In this document: in pieces, positions 37,011 through 49,961 of the stretch
Position numbering within the stretch: the stretch's first letter is position 1
Layout: every line of letters starts with the position of its first letter
Assembly: GCF_036321535.1 (NCBI RefSeq)
Contig: NC_087436.1
Span: 55,058,001 to 55,122,000, forward strand
Length of the DNA stretch: 64,000 nt
From: Camelus dromedarius
Taxonomy: Eukaryota
Reading direction: 5' to 3'
Program-made: the position numbers and the translations under genes
The notes under the pieces: generated by a model
Seen by the model: only the letters and a program-made list of their open reading frames with translations
What the model was told of the DNA's origin: nothing
Database searches by the model: none

Positions 37011-37739
37011 TTTCTCTTTTCTATTTTTAAACATAATTGACCAAAATTTACTAACTGACCAAAGTCATACTATAAGTCCTTGCTATAACTCTTCTTAATA
37101 TGAAATAATATTGCCACAAAAAAGGGAATTTAAAACACACTTCTGAATTCAAATTACAAAGCACAGGAGACAGCATTTTAGGCAGTGAATTCTGTGACAT
37201 TTCAATACATCACCAAGTCTTAATCCAAAGATGACTTCCTTTTGTTACATACTGACACGTTTCTTCTGTGTGGTTTTTTTTTTTTTTTTTTAGTTTTATT
37301 TTCCTTGGACTACAGGAAGAACTAAATGTTTCTGTTTTCCCTGTTGTTTAACTCTCAATAAATCCAGCAATTCAGAAGGAAGCTTGCCTGTGCTCAATTT
37401 TATCATCCTTTAATGGCAGAATTAATGAGAGAATCATTAAATAGCACTACTCTTCTTGCCTGTTGCTTTGTTCAACCTGAAAGGACACAGAGCCCTCTTC
37501 TGTAAAAAGCAGATTTAGAGAAAAATATTATTAATTACCTATGAAGAAACTTCAAAAAGAGCATGCCTTAACTTTCTTTATAACATTCCCATCTCCTTTT
37601 TGAATATAAAAATATAGAAATAAGTTTTCTGATATATTCTATAACAAGCTATACTGCTCTCTGGGAGTATAGGCAGTGGGAAACTGGGAGGTTTAGGAAG
37701 CTTGGATGTGGAGAATCTTAGCAGTCCAGACAGTGCTAA

Positions 37740-37935
37740 CATTTTCCAACAGAAACATTTTCCAGACTAATTCTTGAAAGATGCTCTTCAGAGAAGAAAA
37801 AACCTATGAGTTTTCATGGACAGAGATGTTTGGGAAATACTACGTGATAAATCCCTTGTTTGTATAAATAGTACATCGTAAGTTAAGTGCTCTGAGATGT
37901 ACCACACAAAATATGCGTTTAATTTTGGTGACAAA
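37740..37935. mobile_element. MER103C-like hAT relic
   Basis: gatgctctt...catggacagagatgtttgggaaatact...ttaagtgctctgagatgt...tgcgtttaattttg. Confidence 0.55.
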
Positions 37936-39159
37936 ATAATTTATTGAGGTTTTATCTCATTTTTGATTTTCTGTAACACCCTTTTCTCAATTCAAGCAAA
38001 GAGCCGCTACCTTTCTGATTTCTTGTGTATTGCAGAAGATTCTTCAGTTGATCATTTCTCTTCTGTTTCTCTCTTTCTGAAAGCCTGAGATTATTAAAGA
38101 AAGGATGACAGTGTCCTAAAGGGAAAAGAGAGTTTGAACAGAGACATAAATGAGAAATTTTCCCAGGATTGGGAACCAGTCCTGAAACGAGCAGATCCTT
38201 GGTATGACAGGAATGCAGTCTCATTTTATGACATCACCCTTGACAGATGACAAAACCCAGAACATAACAGCTGTGTGGTAAGACCCTAAGTCACAGGGCT
38301 TTAAACATTGGAAAAGGAAAAAGTCCTGTGTCTCAAGCTGGGCACAAAGGCCACCGTGTATCCTGCCATATGGGATCACACGATCTGAGACAGTGAGGAT
38401 GTCTGTAGTTGTTGGGATGGGCTGATCATAAGCAATAATCCCCACACCTTTTGCTGGATCATTCTAAACCTCTTGTGTTCTTGTACAATCTGAAATTGCA
38501 AACGAGCACTAGGCAGACCCTGATAATGACTAATGTTGAATTGCCTGCCAAACTAGAAAGATGGGTAACTCAAAATTGAGTTGGTTTAGATTTTTAAATA
38601 GATAAATACAATACTGCTTAAATATTTGTGTTTATTAAACATGATTCAGACCATAATACTTATTTTTATCTGAATTTTCTTAAGTAACAGCAATTAGCTG
38701 GACACAATTTAGAGATTCTAATAGGTTAAATGAAAAAAAAAAATTCTACTCAACTACTGTCCCATGAGACGTATTTGGGGATTACAGGTCTGTAGCATCC
38801 CTTTGAAGGAATTTCCTCTGTTAGAAATGTATGTTGCCACAGTGAAGCAGTCCTCTCTACTACCGCTCAAAGGGCAGATACACAAATTCCAATCAGTAGC
38901 CAAAGGGGGAGACCCAGCTGAATGTCGCTCCAATAGCACCACTTGTTTTTAAATTCCCTAGTGCCTGAGAAGGCTGCTCTCCTCGCTGCCAGCCTGATTA
39001 TGTGCATCTTTGTGGGCCTAGCAAAGGAGTCCCTTTGCTTCGATGTGATCTTAAAATAGAGAAATTTTAGTCAGGAACCTATGACTAAGGCTTAAATCTT
39101 CTGAGCTAGAACACATTGTTTAAACTATGTCCAAATTTACAGTTAGCAATACCAAACCT

Positions 39160-39340
39160 AGAACTGGACTCCTGAACTCACATCTCTGCTTTGCTGATTA
39201 ATTGGTGTGAGCACGTTATTTCAGTTTCTTTATCTGTAATATGGGGATAGTAACAATACCTACCTCATGAGATTATTAACCTCAAGTTAAGGTATGTGAA
39301 ATGCTTAGAAAAGGACTTGGCAGCATATATTAAGCCTTGT
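39160..39340 (+). mobile_element. MIR
   Basis: tcagtttctttatctgtaatatggggatagtaacaatacctacctcatgagatt...atgtgaaatgcttagaa. Confidence 0.85.
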
Positions 39341-41107
39341 GTGCATTTTAGTTTATGTATGTTTTAATTAACAAATAGAAATACAATGCATCATTTCGTA
39401 AGTTTTATGTCTTCTTTCCATGTCTCTATTTATGTTCTAGAACACTCTAGGATAAAAATGAAAGTGCCCAAAGTCGTCTTCTATTATAATTGTACAAACC
39501 AAATCTAAATTTTATTTATAATCAATATATTGAGTACTCTGTATAAAAGCAGTACTCCAGATAAAAGCAGAAAATCGGAAGAAATATGCATTTATAAATG
39601 CAGATGCATAGATGGATATTTCTATGAGTAACATTTAAAATTAAATCAGTTGATATTAAACCAAAGTCTGAAATACAGTGCATTACTACATCAGTGGAAA
39701 TCACATTTGAGTAAAAACGAAAGATTTTGAAAGCTATTGAACACTTTACAATGCAACTACAGTGCATCATCACGGAGAAACTTTGTCCGGGTGTTGCAGT
39801 AATTGTAATTTATGGGGAAAGTTCACAGCTCACTGGCTGTCAACTGTGAATTTCCATATGTGAAGTGATTTAAGTCTATTACTCTGTGCAGTAAAAGAGT
39901 GAATGCTTTAGATTGAGCTTACATTTGTTATTTACTATCTGTAACCTTTTGTAGCTTTTTAAATTTTCCATTAAAACAGTCTTTTTGAAAAGCAAAATAC
40001 TTAATACTCTAATATCAGGACACTTATTCTGATGCAGGGCCAAACTAGGAAAATAAGAGTTAAGCATTCTGAAGAAAATTAGATTATTTTGTCCCAAACC
40101 CTTAATGTCAAATAAAGCAGGTGATTCATACTTGGCAAGTATCTCAGTTTAATTGAAAAGTACTTTTGTTTTCAATAAAATTTCCTTTTTCAACATGTAT
40201 GTGTGTCCTGAGGTCTAAAAAGGAGGAAATAAATAGAAAAGTAAAATTTACTTTTAAAATTTCCTTCCTAGTAAAATTAACTACTTTAAACAATTTTCTA
40301 AAAGTTTTAGGAAATATCTCTGAAGGAGAAAATTGATTTTTTTCAAAGTTAAATATGAAAACAGTTGAAATTTTACCCAATAAGATTTCTTTTCAGGCCA
40401 ATTCTTCTTTCTTCCATCCATAAACAAAAATAAAAGCAAAAATAAGTGTTTAAAGTCATTGGAGGTGTTCCAGATTTTCAGTTATAAGAACCAGGGGAAA
40501 ACAATGTATAAAAAACATGTTAGACTGGTTTATCCTGTTTTTCTGACATCTGTTATAGGTTCAAATTTAGAAAAAAAAAACTGCATGTAGGTATAATTTT
40601 CAATTGCTTTATGGCGTATTCTACCCTAAATTTGTTGACAGTAGATGATGAAATTTAAATCTGAATAATATTCTACATGGTGATTACACAACTGCTGAAA
40701 ATGAAGGGTCATTATTCCTCAAGACTTAGTAGTACCTAAAGAGATATTTGCAAATGACTGAAAGGTAGCAAATACCTTTTTATTTACTTAAGGACATCTA
40801 TTTCAGGTCGATTCCTCTTATACCAATTTATAGCAATTGCACCATTATTCAAAAGGTTTTGCATAGAATTATTTTACTTATTTCTGCCAGATTTACTCTG
40901 AATACCATTCATTCAGTGTTTATTATTCTTTAATAACCTAATAACAGACTAAAAACAAAAATGGAAACAACACCCATGACCTCATAAATACAGAAAACTT
41001 AACATTTTCATTCTCTTCAATCTTTTGTCTTTGTTTTTCTCAGTCCTTATTTCTGTCTTTCAGTCTGTAAGTTTTACATCCCTCAATTCAATTCAGTTAA
41101 AGATAAT

Positions 41108-41845
41108 ATTTATTTTTTAAATTGTGGTTAAATATATGTAACATAAAATTTACCATTTTAGTCATTTTAAAATGTATAGTTCTGTAACATCAACTACATT
41201 CACATGGTTGTGAAACCATTGCCACCATCAGTCTTCAGCACATTCTTATCTTCTATAACTGAAACTCCATACCCATTAAATAGTAACTCCACATTCCACC
41301 CTCCTCCCAGTCCCTGATGGTCACCATTTTACTTTTTCTATGAATCTGACTATTCTAGGACCACATAGAAGCAGAATCATATAATATTTGTCCTTTTGTA
41401 ATTTGGTTTCTATCACTTAGAATAATGTCTTCAAGTTTCATCCATTTCATGGTATGTATCCAAGTTTCCTGCTTTTTTAAGGCTGAATAAGATTCTGTTG
41501 TATAAATATGCACCACATTTAGTTTTCCTTTCACTCATTCATTTCAAGGAATAATTGGGTTGCTTCCACTTTTTTTTGTTGTTGAGAATAAGTCTGCTAT
41601 GAACATGGGTGTGGAAATACCTATTTGAGTCTCTGCTTTCAGTTCTTTGGGGTACGAACCAAGAAATAGAATTCTTAGATCATATGATAATTTTATGTAT
41701 AATTTTTCAGAAACTGCCATATTGTTATGTGATAAGAATATTTCACATTCTTACCAATAATCAAGTGTTCCAAATTTCCATATCTTTGCCAAAACCTGTT
41801 ATTTTCTGTTGTTGTTGTTATTATACAGCTGTCCCAATGAATGCT
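41108..41845 (-). mobile_element. L1MB (L1MB3-like) 3' end
   Basis: aattgtggttaaatatatgtaacataaaatttaccatttta...tgaaactccatacccattaaa...tttttaaggctgaataa...gctatgaacatgggtgt. Confidence 0.9.
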
Positions 41846-42339
41846 CAGAACTTAGTTATATGACACACCTAACTGAGAAGGTCTTCTTCCCAGTCCCAAA
41901 CTCTTCAGAAAAGAAGGAGCAAAAGAAGAAAGATGAAGGTGGGAGTGAGGGGAAGCAGACAAGGTGGAAGAGAGAATAGACTTTGGGAGATGGCTGGCAG
42001 TACCTTTACGTACTGCATAGATACAGCTAAGATTAAGATCATTTTGGTTCCTATATACTCAGTATTTTTAGGCTTAGAAAAATTATTTGTTGGATTTTGG
42101 AATTTTTAGGCAATGTATTATTCCAAATCATTACTATCCAAAGGCCTGTACATGGATTAGTGTTGGGCTATTCAAAATGAGAAAAATAAGAACAATATTG
42201 TGAGAGTCTCATAAAATTCAATTAGTTTTTAAAAAATTCAGAATTATGTCTTGACTTAGTTTTTAAAAGTCTTACCCAGTGTATAATGGTAGTGAAAGAA
42301 GATCATATTTATTTTCACTTTTTAAATTAAATATTTAAA

Positions 42340-42790
42340 TTGCACAGTATATTACCTTTTCGGGTTGTCTTTTTCACAGAACGTAATTCCCTGGAGTTTC
42401 ATCCAAGTTGTTGGGTGTTTGAATAGTTTATTCCTTTTTATTGCTGAGTAGTATTCCATGGTATGGATATAACTTGTTTGTTTAAACATTGGCCTGTTGA
42501 AGGGAACATCTGGTCATTTATAGCTATTGACTGTTACATATAGAACTACTGTGAACATTTCTGTACAAGTCTTTATGTGAACGTAAGTTTCTATTTTCCT
42601 GGAATAAATGCTCAAGAGTGAAATTGCTGCATCATATAATAGTTGCATAGCTAGTTTTACAAGAAACAGCCAAACTGTTTTCCAGAATGGCTGCACCATT
42701 TTACATTCCCACCAGCAATGTGTAAATGACCCAATTTCTTTGCAATCTTGCTGGAATTTGGTGTTAACAATTCTGATGGGTATGTAGGGA
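42340..42790 (-). mobile_element. L1M ORF2 C-terminus/3' UTR fragment
   Basis: ORF 42514-42699 VQPFWKTVWLFL...YDAAISLLSIY...KTCTEMFTVVLY matches the L1 ORF2p C-terminal motif VQPLWKSVWRFL...FDPAIPLLGIY...TCTRMFIAALF. Confidence 0.9.
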
Positions 42791-43039
42791 AAAACTTTTT
42801 TGAACCCCAGTCACTGATCATCTGGACAAATATTGAAACAGAAGTAAATTCTGATCTTTCTCTTTCTTTCTCTCTTTCTTTCTTTGTACGAATGCACTAG
42901 GGCTTATTACTGGGAAGAATTCCTCTATTTTAAGGATGTCTATTTCACAGGGCTGATACGCAAGTAGTATAAAGTTAAGTTGTGAATGCAATATTGGAAT
43001 TAGGGGGCCAAATCTTGCATTAATCATTTTAAAGTTACT

Positions 43040-43140
43040 CATTATCAGATATCTACTGAGAGACTTCTATGTAACAGGCATGGTGCCATTGCTGAGAGTA
43101 CCAGATATGGCACCTACCTTTGTGGAGTCATGAGTGGAAA
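43040..43140 (-). mobile_element. L2 3' fragment
   Basis: agatatctactgagagacttctatgtaacaggcatggtg. Confidence 0.55.
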
Positions 43141-43753
43141 GAACGGCTGAATATATCAATAGAGCTACTAGTGTACTTTAAAGGCAAACCTGTACTGTAG
43201 ATGAAAATATTCTTTAAACTTTATTCACAAAGTTTTATTTTGTAGAGCATAACTTGAATAGAAAGATCTTACTTGAAAGAGCTTTTTATACTTTTTTATT
43301 TTAATATGCATTTCAAGGTCATATCTATTTCACTAAGTGATTACATGATATCTGTGAGTCTCTTCTTGCTTAAATATCATACACAATATCAACTAACAAG
43401 ATTTAATGATATGTATCACCATAACAAGAAAGAGATCTTGCACTTGGGAGAAATCCCACCTTAAACAAGTAAGCTACAGATCCATGTAAAAACTAAGATA
43501 GTATGACAATCTCAGATCTTCTGCATAATTATTTCTGATTGATTGTGAACCATGAAAGAAAAAAAATACTCAAAAAAGACTGTATCTATAGTTAAAGGAT
43601 AATGAATATGTCAAAATTCAATAAATAGAAGATCTAGATAGATTGCAAGAACTGATAATAGTAGAAACATTGTCTTAAGACAAAACAAATGTTTTTACAT
43701 GACCCTACTTTAATTAATAATTTTAATGAAAACCACATAGGAAATATCTCAGC

Positions 43754-43769
43754 AAAAGAATTTAAGAAT

Positions 43770-43808
<39 letters not shown>

Positions 43809-43877
43809 ACTAGATCATTATGCTATACACCAGAAACTAATACAACATTGTAAATCAAGTATACTTCAATAAAAAAA
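43754..43877 (+). mobile_element. Short cetartiodactyl-type L1 3' tail containing (CA)13(TA)n
   Basis: ataactagatcattatgctatacaccagaaactaatacaacattgtaaatcaagtatacttcaataaaaaaa. Confidence 0.85.
43771..43808. repeat. Compound (CA)n(TA)n microsatellite
   Basis: Read directly. Confidence 0.95.
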
Positions 43878-44129
43878 GAATATATTAGCTTTAAATTTTA
43901 GGAATGCTTCCCAGATTAAATGGCTGTGGTTGATAATCACGTATTTAACTCAGTTACTCCCTCTGCTCCAGCAAGATTTCCTCTGATATCTAGACACTAT
44001 TAGAATTATCTACTGAGATTTTTTCTAAAATTAATTACTGATGCAAAGAATGTTGGCATAATGAGGTTGTTAGAATTGGAAATAAACAACATTATCATTG
44101 TATTCCACCTCTTAGTGGCATTCGTTGCT

Positions 44130-45347
44130 ATTCATCTCGTCCTTCTACTTATGACTGGCTTCAGACACTCTCTTGGATTTTCTTCTATTTCTCTGGCCAC
44201 TTCTGAGTCTTCATTACTAGTTTCTCCTCTACCTTGAATATTGGAATTAGTCAGAAATCTGTCCTAGATTCTCGTTCCTTCCCTTTCTATATACTCTTTT
44301 ACTAGGTTGTTATTCATTCCCATGGAATATGCTAGATTTCTCAAATTTCTATCTGCAGCCTAGACAGCTTCTCTCAACTACAGACTCATATATGAATTAA
44401 TAGCTGACATTTCCACTTGGACATTTCATACACATCTCAAACTGAGCATGTCCAAATCTAAACTATTGATTTTACTTCCTAAGTCCATTCTAATACCCTC
44501 AGTTCTTCTCATGTAATTAAATGACGTTTCTACACACCTAGTTACTCAAGTAAGAAATCTTGACATTTATTATCCTTTCTCTTACTACCTCACCCTAGCT
44601 AAGCCTTGTAAATTTTTAATTGCACAAACATATATGGGGCACTTCGCTTGGCTCCATCTTCAATGTCACCAACCAACCATCTTCAATGTCACCAACCAAC
44701 TTTCATTGCCTACAAAACTGGAACAGCTTTCTAATGGTCTCTTCATGTCTGTATTTTTCATTTTTAGTTTTTAATGAAGGAGCTAGAAATGCCTTCTTAA
44801 AACAGAAATCAGCTTTTGTTAATACCCTACTTAAATTAAATATAGTGTGACTTTTTTTTTAACCACAAAGTATACATGATCTGGTTTCCATCTTCCTTCC
44901 TAAACTCATCTAATTTTACTTAACCATCCATCATACCAGTTTCCTTTCAGTTCCTTGAACATGCTGAATTCTTTCCTACCTACATATTCTTGTACATACA
45001 GATTCTTCTCTTTGCAATATCCTCCCGTTCACTCCTTACATGTATGCTATATATGTATTTGTGTGCTCCATTTTATACTCTACTTCCCCAGAAAGGCCTT
45101 TCTTAACTACACCATTAAATCAATACTCACCTAACCAACACTTTCCCCTATCAGGGCACCTGTTTCTTCCTTTAACAGAGTTGTGTTAACTTCAAATCAA
45201 GTTATTTTCTCATATCCTTTGTTTCTGCTTTGCTCCCTCACTAGACTATTATTTTCCACAAGAGAATAGCTGTTTGTTATCTTATTTCCCATTATATCCT
45301 CAACACCTAGGTAGTTCTTAGAATATAAAAGAATAAATACTTGTGAA
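44130..45347 (+). mobile_element. Long L2 (L2a-like) 3' fragment
   Basis: acactctcttggattttcttctatttctctggccact...gacatttccacttgga...catctcaaactgagcatgtccaaa...ttcagttccttgaacatgc...ctagact...aataaatacttg. Confidence 0.9.
44654..44699. repeat. Perfect 23-bp tandem duplication inside L2
   Basis: ccatcttcaatgtcaccaaccaa twice. Confidence 0.95.
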
Positions 45348-45894
45348 ACCTAAGCAAGTATTAGAAAGAGACCTCATCAGAAGGGCTAGGTATTCAAAGA
45401 TTTGAAAGATCCATTTGGTTGTTGAAGTAAGTCTAAAAGGACCCAAGTATACATGATAAGAAGAAATCTAGGCAAGCAAGAGGACTCATGGGAATCAGAG
45501 AGCCAGGGTTAGGCAGTGATCCAGAAAGATGGTTTAGTGGAATCAGAAGGATACAGCATGGTATAGAAAGACCAGAGCTAGGAACTGAAGGTTAGGAATG
45601 AGACTGCAGCATATGTGAGTTCTAGAAAGTACTAGAAAAAGAGCTATGTTCTAGAAATGAACTCCAAATTTAGAGTATGAAAATGATACACATGCTTTTT
45701 CAGTGCTGGGTTACAAGGAACCAGAAGATAATCCTGGCATTAGAACTATGACTAGCAAAAAGAGTTGTATAATGTGAGCCATTGAATAGTCCATTTAGGG
45801 ATCCCCTAATTCTGCTTGGCTCTGGAGAGGATATTTCCTTGCACTTGGCAGATTACACGTGAGCACTATATATGCAGGCATGGTTTTATGAAGT

Positions 45895-46187
45895 TGAGCC
45901 GGTATAGCATATTTAAAACACGGGCTTAGGGATAAAATCAACCTGAGTTTCTATTTAAAGTCAGATATTTAGAATCTAGTAGACCTTGGGCAAGCAATCT
46001 ATAGACCTTTTATACTTAGTTCATTAATCGTAAAGTTCAGATAAAATACTAGCTTCTTAGGTTAGGTAATAAATGGTTAGTGTATGTAAAAGGCTTTCTG
46101 TGATACATATTACCAAGTACATACATTGATACATACCATGCAATGTACGTGATGCACATTGTAATCATTTGGTAAATGCTGGCTACC
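45895..46187 (+). mobile_element. MIR
   Basis: acacgggcttagg...acctgagttt...gaccttgggcaag...gtatgtaaaag...ggtaaatgctggcta. Confidence 0.7.
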
Positions 46188-46877
46188 TTTATTCACATGT
46201 TAGTCATTAGGAGGGAAGAATAAAGAACCGTAAACTGCTGTGATGTAGATTCCTTGTTGAATGTTTATTATTTCTACATTTAAAAAGAGTAAATGAACTT
46301 TTAACAAATTTTTTTGATTGTTTAAAGTCTTAGTAAGTGTCAATCACAAAGGTAAAAATAAAACCGAGGATGACTGAATCTCAGCATGGGGACAGAATTA
46401 TTCAGCACAGACCTATTTTTCTTTGGCATTTCACACTAGCCAGAATTTAGATTTATGGTTTATGTTCATATCAGAAGTAAAAGAAAAACTCTTTCAAATC
46501 TGAGGCTGCATAAGATAGAACAAAGTGAAAGTAGATACATTCAGAAATATATTATCAAATAGCATCCAATGCATATGGTATAGATTTGGGAAGTCCTTTA
46601 ATACACAAGTAAATAAAATTTAGGAAAAGTTAAAAATGTTCTGGGCATGAAAGGCACTGCTGAACATTCATGAGCAAGCATAAATACCACTTACAGTGCT
46701 TGTCACCAATGGAGCAAATCAAATTGCCACAGATTGGGAAAATCAAAGAAGAAGATCAACTGGAAATTTCCTTGTGCACAGGTAGATATACACAAATACA
46801 TTTCTCTTTTCTGGGCATGAATTTCAGAGTGTTATCATTTAACATCCATCATGATAACGGCTCATCAAATAGGAGTG

Positions 46878-46988
46878 AAAAAAAGAGAAGGCAGGGAAGG
46901 AAAAAGGAAAGATGGGAAGGAAGGAGGGAAGGAAGGAAAGAAGGAAGGAAGGGAGAAAGGAAGAAAGAAAGGGAGGGAGAAAGGAAAG
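46878..46988. repeat. Purine-rich (GGAA/GA) low-complexity tract
   Basis: gggaaggaaggagggaaggaaggaaagaaggaaggaagggagaaagg... Confidence 0.95.
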
Positions 46989-47859
46989 TGATGTCTGTCC
47001 TTGGAAGCCACTGAGGGTAAAGGCTAGAGAGGGCTGTAGCTGTGGACACTTACTTATAGCTTCTCTTATTTCCCTGTGTGCAATATGTCTCTCTACATAA
47101 CGAAAGTACTAATGTGATTCAGTGGTTGTGTCAAACTACATCAGCCTAAAACATGCTATGGAATTTTAAGTTCTGATACCATATCATTTTCAAAAAGAGA
47201 AGAATATTGATTAATTTTAAATCATATCCATCAGTGTATTAGAGAAGCCTAAATTTTATAATGGGGAAAATTTGATGTTTACCAGAACCATATCATATTT
47301 TGATAAATATCCAGAATTTTTAATTGTAAGAGGAAAGGTGGAAATTGTTACAATATATTTTAGCATAGAAATATTGGAAGGTGTGCATGGATGATAGATA
47401 CAAAATGGTCCTGAATATAAGACTACATATTTTTGAAATGTTATAAAATATTTCTGCTCAGATGATCATTCTGTAAAGATTTAGGAGATGAAATGATAAA
47501 ATTTTAGTTCTCCAGGAAATGAACGCAGAAATTCATGTCAAAATTTTATCAGTGCCATACCTACTATATGGCTAATCATTAGTACTACATTTGGAAAACT
47601 AGAATTCGTTAACTTAGCTTCCATTTTATATCAGAGGGGTTTTTTGGCATCAATTATTTATAGGTTTATATTACCAGTGTAAAAAGAAAAGATTTTATCT
47701 GTATGTGGCACAATTAGTTACAAAAAGGTGAGAGGATAGCATGACAGTGGTAGCCGTCTATAGTGATAAAAATGAACACAAAGATCTTACATAAACTATA
47801 TGAAAATGAAGAGGTGATTTCAGAAAGAATAAGTAGAATTAGTGCCTGAAAACTGAGGC

Positions 47860-48045
47860 CATGTGATGGAGTAGGAGCTCTAGGTCAAATGGGAGACCAG
47901 AATGACCTCAGTTTGAATTTTGGAGTTGTCTTTACCTCTTTGAGCCTCAGTTTCTCAATCTGTAAATGGAGTTAATAATACCTACCTTGCTAAGTTATGA
48001 GGATTACAACAATGTGTGTAAAACATCTTTACAGGTTATAGGAAA
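47860..48045 (+). mobile_element. MIR
   Basis: acctctttgagcctcagtttctcaatctgtaaatggagttaataatacctacct. Confidence 0.85.
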
Positions 48046-49138
48046 ATACATTATTTGCTGCTTTGTGCATTTAGATTTCCTAACATTCCTGATCCTTGTC
48101 CACAAAAATGCCATCTACGAATTATTGTGACAAAAATTTTTACCCCCTAAAATATTCAAAAACATTTTCTAAGAGAAGACAACATTCTATGAAGGATCTC
48201 TGCTCTGGTCCACATCTGAGACTCTTTTATCCTCTAACTGCCTCCATTTTAAATCAAGTAGTAATCGCGATCGTTTGGATTCGGAGCTATACTTTAAAAG
48301 GAATGGAATAAGCCCAAAGAGAAAGCCAAACAAATACAGAAGACAGTTAAGTGCCCTTGTTCAGTCAGAAGCAGCTGACCTGCCAATCACATGGGATTCT
48401 AGTTAGTTGAGGAATGTTATAGATTCATACGTGTCCTTTTAACTCCAAATAGTTATCATTTTCAGTGACCTGAGAGTAATTTACAAACCACATTGTGAGG
48501 CTCACCAAACCAATCCTAGGAGGTCAAAGAAAGTTCTGAGAGCGCTGTTGTCATTGACAAATCAGGCTTCAGTCCTGGGTACAGACTGGGCTAGCGCGTG
48601 CATGCTGAAATCATTTTGCCCTTTATTGTACAGTTAAAGCCCTCTGTCCAAGCACTGACCTGTTTTCCAGCATTTCAGTAATTTCAATGTAGATGAACCT
48701 AGAACATTTTGATTCACTTAAAAATTTTCAGCCTAAATGAGTGTTAATTTCAAGTGAAACAATAGGGCTGTTGCTGAAGACACTAAGAAAGAGATGCCAT
48801 GTAAGGAAGACAAGGCAGACTGTCGGCTGTCAAGTGTAAGGAATAGCTCTTGAAAACAATATTTATATGGAGGAAAAAAACTTTAACTATTGTCTAAACA
48901 CCCACAAGAGAAATATTTCTTCTTTGCCCTATTTAAACTTTCCCAAAATATGGAACACATCATTAATAATTTGCTTAATAAATAATTAAATTTTTGGAAG
49001 TTGCTTTATATTTTCCTGGAGGAGAACTAAACTCTTAAGTATCTTGAAAGAATAGAAGACTATTAACCAAATTTGATGAATATCTACATTGATTCTTATA
49101 GCCTGATGTGTTAAAGAAAGGTATATATGAAGAAAGGG

Positions 49139-49139
<1 letters not shown>

Positions 49140-49184
<45 letters not shown>
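49140..49184. repeat. (TG)~22 microsatellite
   Basis: Read directly. Confidence 0.97.
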
Positions 49185-49186
<2 letters not shown>

Positions 49187-49629
49187 AGTGTGTAAACAAC
49201 CTGGGGAGAAAACCTTGTAAAAGTCTCTCCACAGCCTCACAGCAAAGAAACAAAAATACATTCAAATGTTACAGAAAACGGGTAAATTCTAGGCTTCAAT
49301 TATCATTATCTTATTTTTACAGTTGAGAATTTAAGAAGGAGGTTAACAGTGTCTGGTTTTGGTGGGGTTTAATTTTTTTTCTATAATTGATGATGGAATA
49401 GAGAAGATGTATTAGCACACAGCAAACTTGACTCTAAATCTTTTAAGCTTAGTGTTTCATTGTTTCAGGACATTCCACAGCAAGAGTCACTTTTAAGACT
49501 TAAAAGTTATAAACCTTAAATAATTTAAGTTTAGTTATTCAGTGCTTTGGATGGTTTACTACAAAACCATTTTTAAGGCTTAGAAATAAGAGATGACTTT
49601 TAATTCTGAAAAACCTTCAAGTGAAAAAA

Positions 49630-49679
49630 ATAACAGGAGTGAAATTGTTAGCAAAGATAACAGAAGTGAAATTGATAGC
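49630..49679. repeat. Imperfect duplication, period 27
   Basis: ataacaggagtgaaattgttagc and ataacagaagtgaaattgatagc (21/23 identical). Confidence 0.8.
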
Positions 49680-49961
49680 TGGGATAATTTTTATTTATTA
49701 ATGTGGAAATCTTATTCTCTGACTGCCCCCACTCTCTCAAGCTAAAAACCAGTAGTGTCTCCCTGAACTTCAAACCTTATCCACCATATGTAACAGTTGT
49801 TAGAAGTTGTACCCACAACAGCATGGTTGGCTCTAGAATTAGTCTTACTGTCTCAAGTTACCAGGTATTTGCCTGACTAGAGTTGCTCATTTGTGTCCCA
49901 TACAAATGACGACATCTCTTATGAATCTGAAATGTTATCTCAGTTCTTATAAACAGCCTCC

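Noticed and set aside
38036..38283. Acceptor-like sites at 38035 and 38082 with a GTG|GTAAGA donor at 38277/38278
   Set aside because: Stops in all frames downstream of 38082; cryptic site pairs like this are common
42514..42699. 61-aa ORF with protein-like sequence
   Set aside because: It is a decayed L1 ORF2p C-terminus, not a host gene
45400..45850. Purine-rich segment that might be an old Gypsy/ERVL LTR
   Set aside because: No termini, TSD or consensus match that I could recognise
46670..49326. ORFs with K/E/R/G-rich, THTH or CVCV runs
   Set aside because: They are translations of the GGAA tract and the (TG)n microsatellite
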